Below, one piece after another: positions 59,349 through 64,000 of a stretch of 64,000 nucleotides of DNA (positions within the stretch are counted from its first letter, which is position 1; every line of letters begins with the position of its first letter). The position numbers and the translations under genes are program-made. The notes below the pieces were generated by a model that did no database searches, had not been told where the DNA came from, and saw only the letters and a program-made list of their open reading frames with translations. The stretch spans positions 1-64,000 of the forward strand of contig JBLDXI010000105.1 in assembly GCA_047495785.1 (NCBI GenBank), given 5' to 3'. This DNA comes from Lepidodermella squamata (taxonomy: Eukaryota > Animalia > Gastrotricha).

Positions 59349-61654
59349 ATGCCGAAGAATAGTCTGAAATATAGCGACAAAATGGTAGTATCAAAATCTG
59401 TTGAAGAAAAGAAGCCTCACCGATGCAACGTCTGCGGCCTTCCAGTGGCAAAGCGACGCGATTACCAGCCGCGAGTTTGCTCGGCGTGTCACAAGTTTTT
59501 CAGGCGAAACGCCGAGCACTGGCAGTCGCTACGATGCCTCCACCGGCACGACAACGCCAGCGGCTTGCAGACCAACTCGGCAATGCGGCGCAGCATGTGC
59601 ACGAAGTGCCGCTTCGAGAGATGCATCAACTCCGGAATGAGGAGTAAGTTCAATTCTTCACATCATCGCAATGCTGGCTTGGGCTATAATGAACTGTTGC
59701 TGGAATAATTTCGACGTCGCGCTCACTTCCAAGTTCTAAAAATGCATTTTTTTAAACATTCCTGGCCATTCGATTTATTTGCGTTGCTAATAACCGATCA
59801 GATTAATTCTCGTTTTTTAAAACAATTTTTAAGGCAGATGGAATGCGTTAGCATCAATGCTTTATCAAATATTGAAAATAGCAATTTTTACAGGTAAATT
59901 TATGGCGGCAAAGCGCAATGCCGAAACGGCGAACATCAACCTGGAAGTTGCAACAACTGATTCTCCGCTAATAGAAGGCACGCTGCGGAAAGCAATCGAG
60001 ATGCAGTTACAGCTGCACGGTCTAGAACATGTTAGTTCTGCGCTTGATATGAGCTATGATTTATTCAAACCCATGTTCTTTAGCTGCCGATGAGATTTCA
60101 GTACAGCAAGAAGCAAATGAGCAACAGTGACTTCACCTCGCAGCTTCTGATCGGCAATATTTCTGGAATTTTGCAGCTGGGTTGGGTTTTTGCCAGCCGC
60201 ATTCAAGGTAAGTACCAACTGGACTAAAACAGGTAACCGTAGATGAAGTACATTTCACCTCAGCAAACGAAGTAGATTTCAATTTCAAAGCATCTAATAT
60301 AATTATAATGAAACCATTCTAAGTAGTTCTATATCTTACAAGTGGAAGAAGTGGGATCTGCGATGCCGAAGGTCGATGAGGTTTTGGGAAGAAGGGCGAA
60401 GGGGTTACGTTTCTGTATTTTCGGTCTCGGGTTTATGAGAATAAAATGGTAACCTTTTTTTTTATTTTTTTCTCTGGCTAGACCTCTCGTACACCCGTAA
60501 TTCACAAGCTGCATGATAGCATCTTAGGAAGATACATGTTCAGCCTACCCACCGTCAACAGTTTTGTTTTCAGTTTCTCATCACTTATTGTATTGCATCA
60601 TATTTATGTTCTGTTCTGTTCGCAGATTGCTTTCATTTGAAAGAATCAACAGTTCGAACTCTTCTAGCTCGCGGCTGGAAGAATATTTGTGCGGCGTACT
60701 CTGTTCTGCCCGGAAACAACTGCATCATGCTAGCGAATCCTGATATTTTACCTATGTTTCTCGATCACTACCCCGACCTTCGCGTAAGTTCATTCGATTA
60801 AGATATCATTCGATGGGCAGTATCAAGAATTATTTTTAGCCAGTAAGAGCTGCGGCAGAAAACTTGGCGGCTGCTATGAGCAAATGGAACCCAAAGCTCG
60901 TCGAGGCCGCTCTGTTCACTTGTCGGCTGCTTTTCCGAGGTAAATTCATGCTACGAATTCTCAAGCAATTGGAAAAAAATATCACGCCGCAATAACCCAA
61001 ATGAAAAATTCGCTAAACGAAGTAGAGCTATACAGGGCTTGGATTTTCTGTGGATTTTCTTGATTTAGCCCCTCTTTCCCCTGAAAGTCTCACACTGAAG
61101 ATGTGTAAGTAAGCTTTGGTCTGTACTAATGCGGACAAATTCACACACCAGAATTTCGAAGATTTCCTATTTCCAGATTTCCTATATCACAGATTTCCAA
61201 GCACTACCCACAAATAGTACCCAAGTTTACATAATTTACGCACCAAAGCTGTCCTTGAAAAAAAACTGGTTGAATCCTGATTCTTTGAAGGATTCATCAT
61301 AAGAATTGTCGGGAGTAACTAAAAAATTGCACGAAGTCAGTCAATTTTGTGTTCGAAATACCTCAGATTTTGTATCTTTCGTTTCAAGGCGCCAATGCAA
61401 TGGATGATTCACCTGAATTACTCGCAGCACGAGAATCCGTTGAGAAAGCTTTCGTTGCAATATGCCACAAGCTTCATGGCTCGAAATCGCAACAGGTCAT
61501 TCACCAGGCTCACGTGGTCGAGAACCTCATCGGCATAAGCACTCACGTGCTCGACGAATGTTCATCGTCAATGCTGAGGAGTCGGGCCAAATCCAGCGGA
61601 CGAGCTGAGCTGTCCCTCGGCGTCAAATTCACACTTGGCATTATTGCTATTTGA
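59349..61654 (+). CDS. Divergent nuclear receptor-like gene NR13, 6 exons
   Basis: Exons 59349-59643, 59894-60030, 60084-60207, 60626-60783, 60840-60939, 61389-61654. Confidence 0.9.
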
Positions 61655-63139
61655 TTTAACGAAACGCTAGCAAGACCTCGATGACCAAATCATTCATACA
61701 GTTCGTTAGGCAGAGCTTCCTCTAAGCTCATAAACTGTTATTACTATTCCATCAGCTTTCTAAGTTAGTCAATTCAATTTATTATGTTAACTTTTCCCCA
61801 GCTCATGTTATATGTCGCATTCTGCTGGTTTTGCTACTGGCGTAGTCTCTCGTTGCACGTCGGAGGCAAATCTGAAATAAAATCTTGCTCCACGTGAAGA
61901 GCGCACCAAATTGCTCGCTTTTTTGACATAAAAACGGTTAGAGTGTTGATTTTCACTTGTCTCGCTTGTCACTGTCCGATTTGTACTTATTATGGTGAAG
62001 AATCGCGCGTTGTTTAGTCGCGGAGATCGATGAAGCGGAAATCATAGGCTTAGTAGTAATGAGTTGGTACATCATTATCCTCCTTTTTACCCCGGAAAAG
62101 TTTCAAATTTTACTATTGACCGATACAAAATATAAGCCCCGACAATGTCTGAAAAAAGTATACACGTGAGAGTTAGCCGCCAGAGAGAAACTTCGCGTAT
62201 CAATTTCGCGAGAAATCGCTATATTGCATTTTTCTAAAGCAAAAGCACTTTACATTTAAAAGCAGGTGTTAATTACAGGAAATCACAGCATATGCTTCGT
62301 TAAATTAGCCTTCAGATTTTTGAATTTTGAATCGCTGTCTGCATATTGAAGATTAAAATCACAGTCGAGCACTTTGCAAACGAAAAACACATTATTTCGT
62401 GACGGGCCAGTCAAAGTCAGTCTGTCCGTCAAAGTTGTCGTGTCAAAGTTTATTTTCCGAAATACCTAGGTTAATATTTCGTTGAGAAATACATTGCGAA
62501 AGGATTTCTGAATTTGAGAATACTACTTTCCTGCCTGGAACGCGAAAACTTGAAATATTCATTGAAACTCGGAATAGATCCTTAGAACTGAGGTGAGCAG
62601 GCACAGATCTGAAACTCGCCAAAATTATTCGAGTTCGAACAATGTGTTCACTTTGAGCCTGAGTACGAAAGAATTTGTCTGCGTACTTGATGAGTAAAAT
62701 GCATCCCGCCTCCGATCCCATAAGTGGCACACGTGAGTTGCCGCGATCGATAATATGCACTTCGCAACAGCGCGAAATTACCATGCAGAAGTTTAGTCTT
62801 GGTCCCGTCAGCTTTCATCATACACGGCAAGAATGAATTCGAGCTGGCTTGATTTCGCATCACGTTTGCGGCGAAGCATAAATAGGTCCATTTGACGGCA
62901 CGGCCAGGTTACAATTTTTCTACGATTACGGTTGAATGTTGCCTCGCACGAATATAGATATTCCTTAGAAATACCTAGCTAACTCAATTCATCTTCTTAC
63001 AGTTTAGGTCTTTTTGCTCGAAAAATGTCATACAAAGCAATGGGAGATTTACATTCTGATTTCATTTTTTAAATAGCTTTAAGAATAATCTACCCTGTGT
63101 ACCCTGGTTTCTACCTGAAATCTCGAATCAGAGCACACT

Positions 63140-63981
63140 ATGTCGACGTCGATTTTACCAGGATCTTCAAATGCTGCTAAAGCGACGAAAAAATACCTCA
63201 ACTGCAAAGCATGCGACGTTCCGGTGCCGAGGCGGCAGTCGCATCAACCCCGAGTTTGCTCGGCCTGTCACAAGTTCTTCAGACGAAATGCTGAGATTTG
63301 GCGGTCACTTGAATGCAATCATAAATACGAACCAAGGGCTGCTGCAGAACTGCAGGACGATCGGGCTAAGCGGCGATCTATGTGCACGAAATGCCGTTTT
63401 GATAGATGCCTGCAGGCAGGCATGCGAAGTAAGTTATGAACGTGGCGCAACAGTTCGGATAGAGCTTAACCCGAAAGCAGAACTCGAATACGACTTTGCA
63501 GTACGAAGGAAGTTCTGCTTTCGGATTATTAAACAGCGATGCCTATTTAATTAGAAGACACGAGCTTTGCTGCTCTGGAAATTTAGGATCATCCTAATAT
63601 TCGCTAATATTCCATCAATCAATATATGAAATCAGCATCAATCGGTTGACGAATCGATAAATGCCCTGACCTATCCTTTGCTCCTTTGCTGTTCTTGAGC
63701 TCAAACTGCTCATAACAAAATTGTTAGTAATAATTTATGGGCCCCATTGATATAGGCTGAAGAGATTTCATTGGGGATGAAAAACACGGTTTTTGTGGGG
63801 TGTACGAAACATTATGGCAACCCACTGTATTTTTATAATACCGGTTTCTATAATAGGTAGATTTTTTGTTGGCTCTGCAGTGGAAATAGAAAAATTCCCG
63901 TCAACTATGGAGTATTCGCTAGTTGAGGGAACTGTGAGAAAATCAATTGATGCGCAGCTACAGCTTCATGGCTTCGAACAT
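63140..63981 (+). CDS. Divergent nuclear receptor-like gene NR14, partial (runs off the window)
   Basis: Exon 1 63140-63428 (DBD); exon 2 63857-63981 ending QLQLHGFEH|GT. Confidence 0.85.
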
Positions 63982-64000
63982 GTGAGAATCTAAAAAAACG

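Overview
Eukaryotic (invertebrate-animal-like) genomic DNA with short ~50-60 nt GT-AG introns, so the ORF track shows exon pieces rather than whole genes. The window is dominated by a tandem array of 14 loci of one divergent nuclear-receptor-like family. Eleven are intact six-exon genes of ~340-370 aa, one has a single nonsense codon, one is a DBD-only fragment and one is cut by the window edge; there is also an orphan last exon. Five copies lie on the minus strand (1-24 kb) and nine on the plus strand (28-64 kb). All have a non-canonical DNA-binding domain: a 14-residue first loop, P-boxes CHACQK/CQACQK/CSACHK/CSACRK, and an invariant C-x-H in place of the sixth Cys. The LBD is barely recognisable and has no AF-2 motif. 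Three minus-strand copies sit head-to-head with an intronless ankyrin/SOCS-box gene (one intact, one pseudogene, one stub). Also present: a three-exon candidate secreted two-Cys peptide gene that the ORF track misses, two LINEs with intact ORF2 (one inside a receptor intron with a 13-bp TSD), a decayed Mutator-like/Ulp1-protease remnant, and many MITEs (Tc1/pogo, piggyBac, MULE and CACTA types, some nested). Exon boundaries were derived by hand from splice signals and paralog comparison. No database search was run and the species is not identified.
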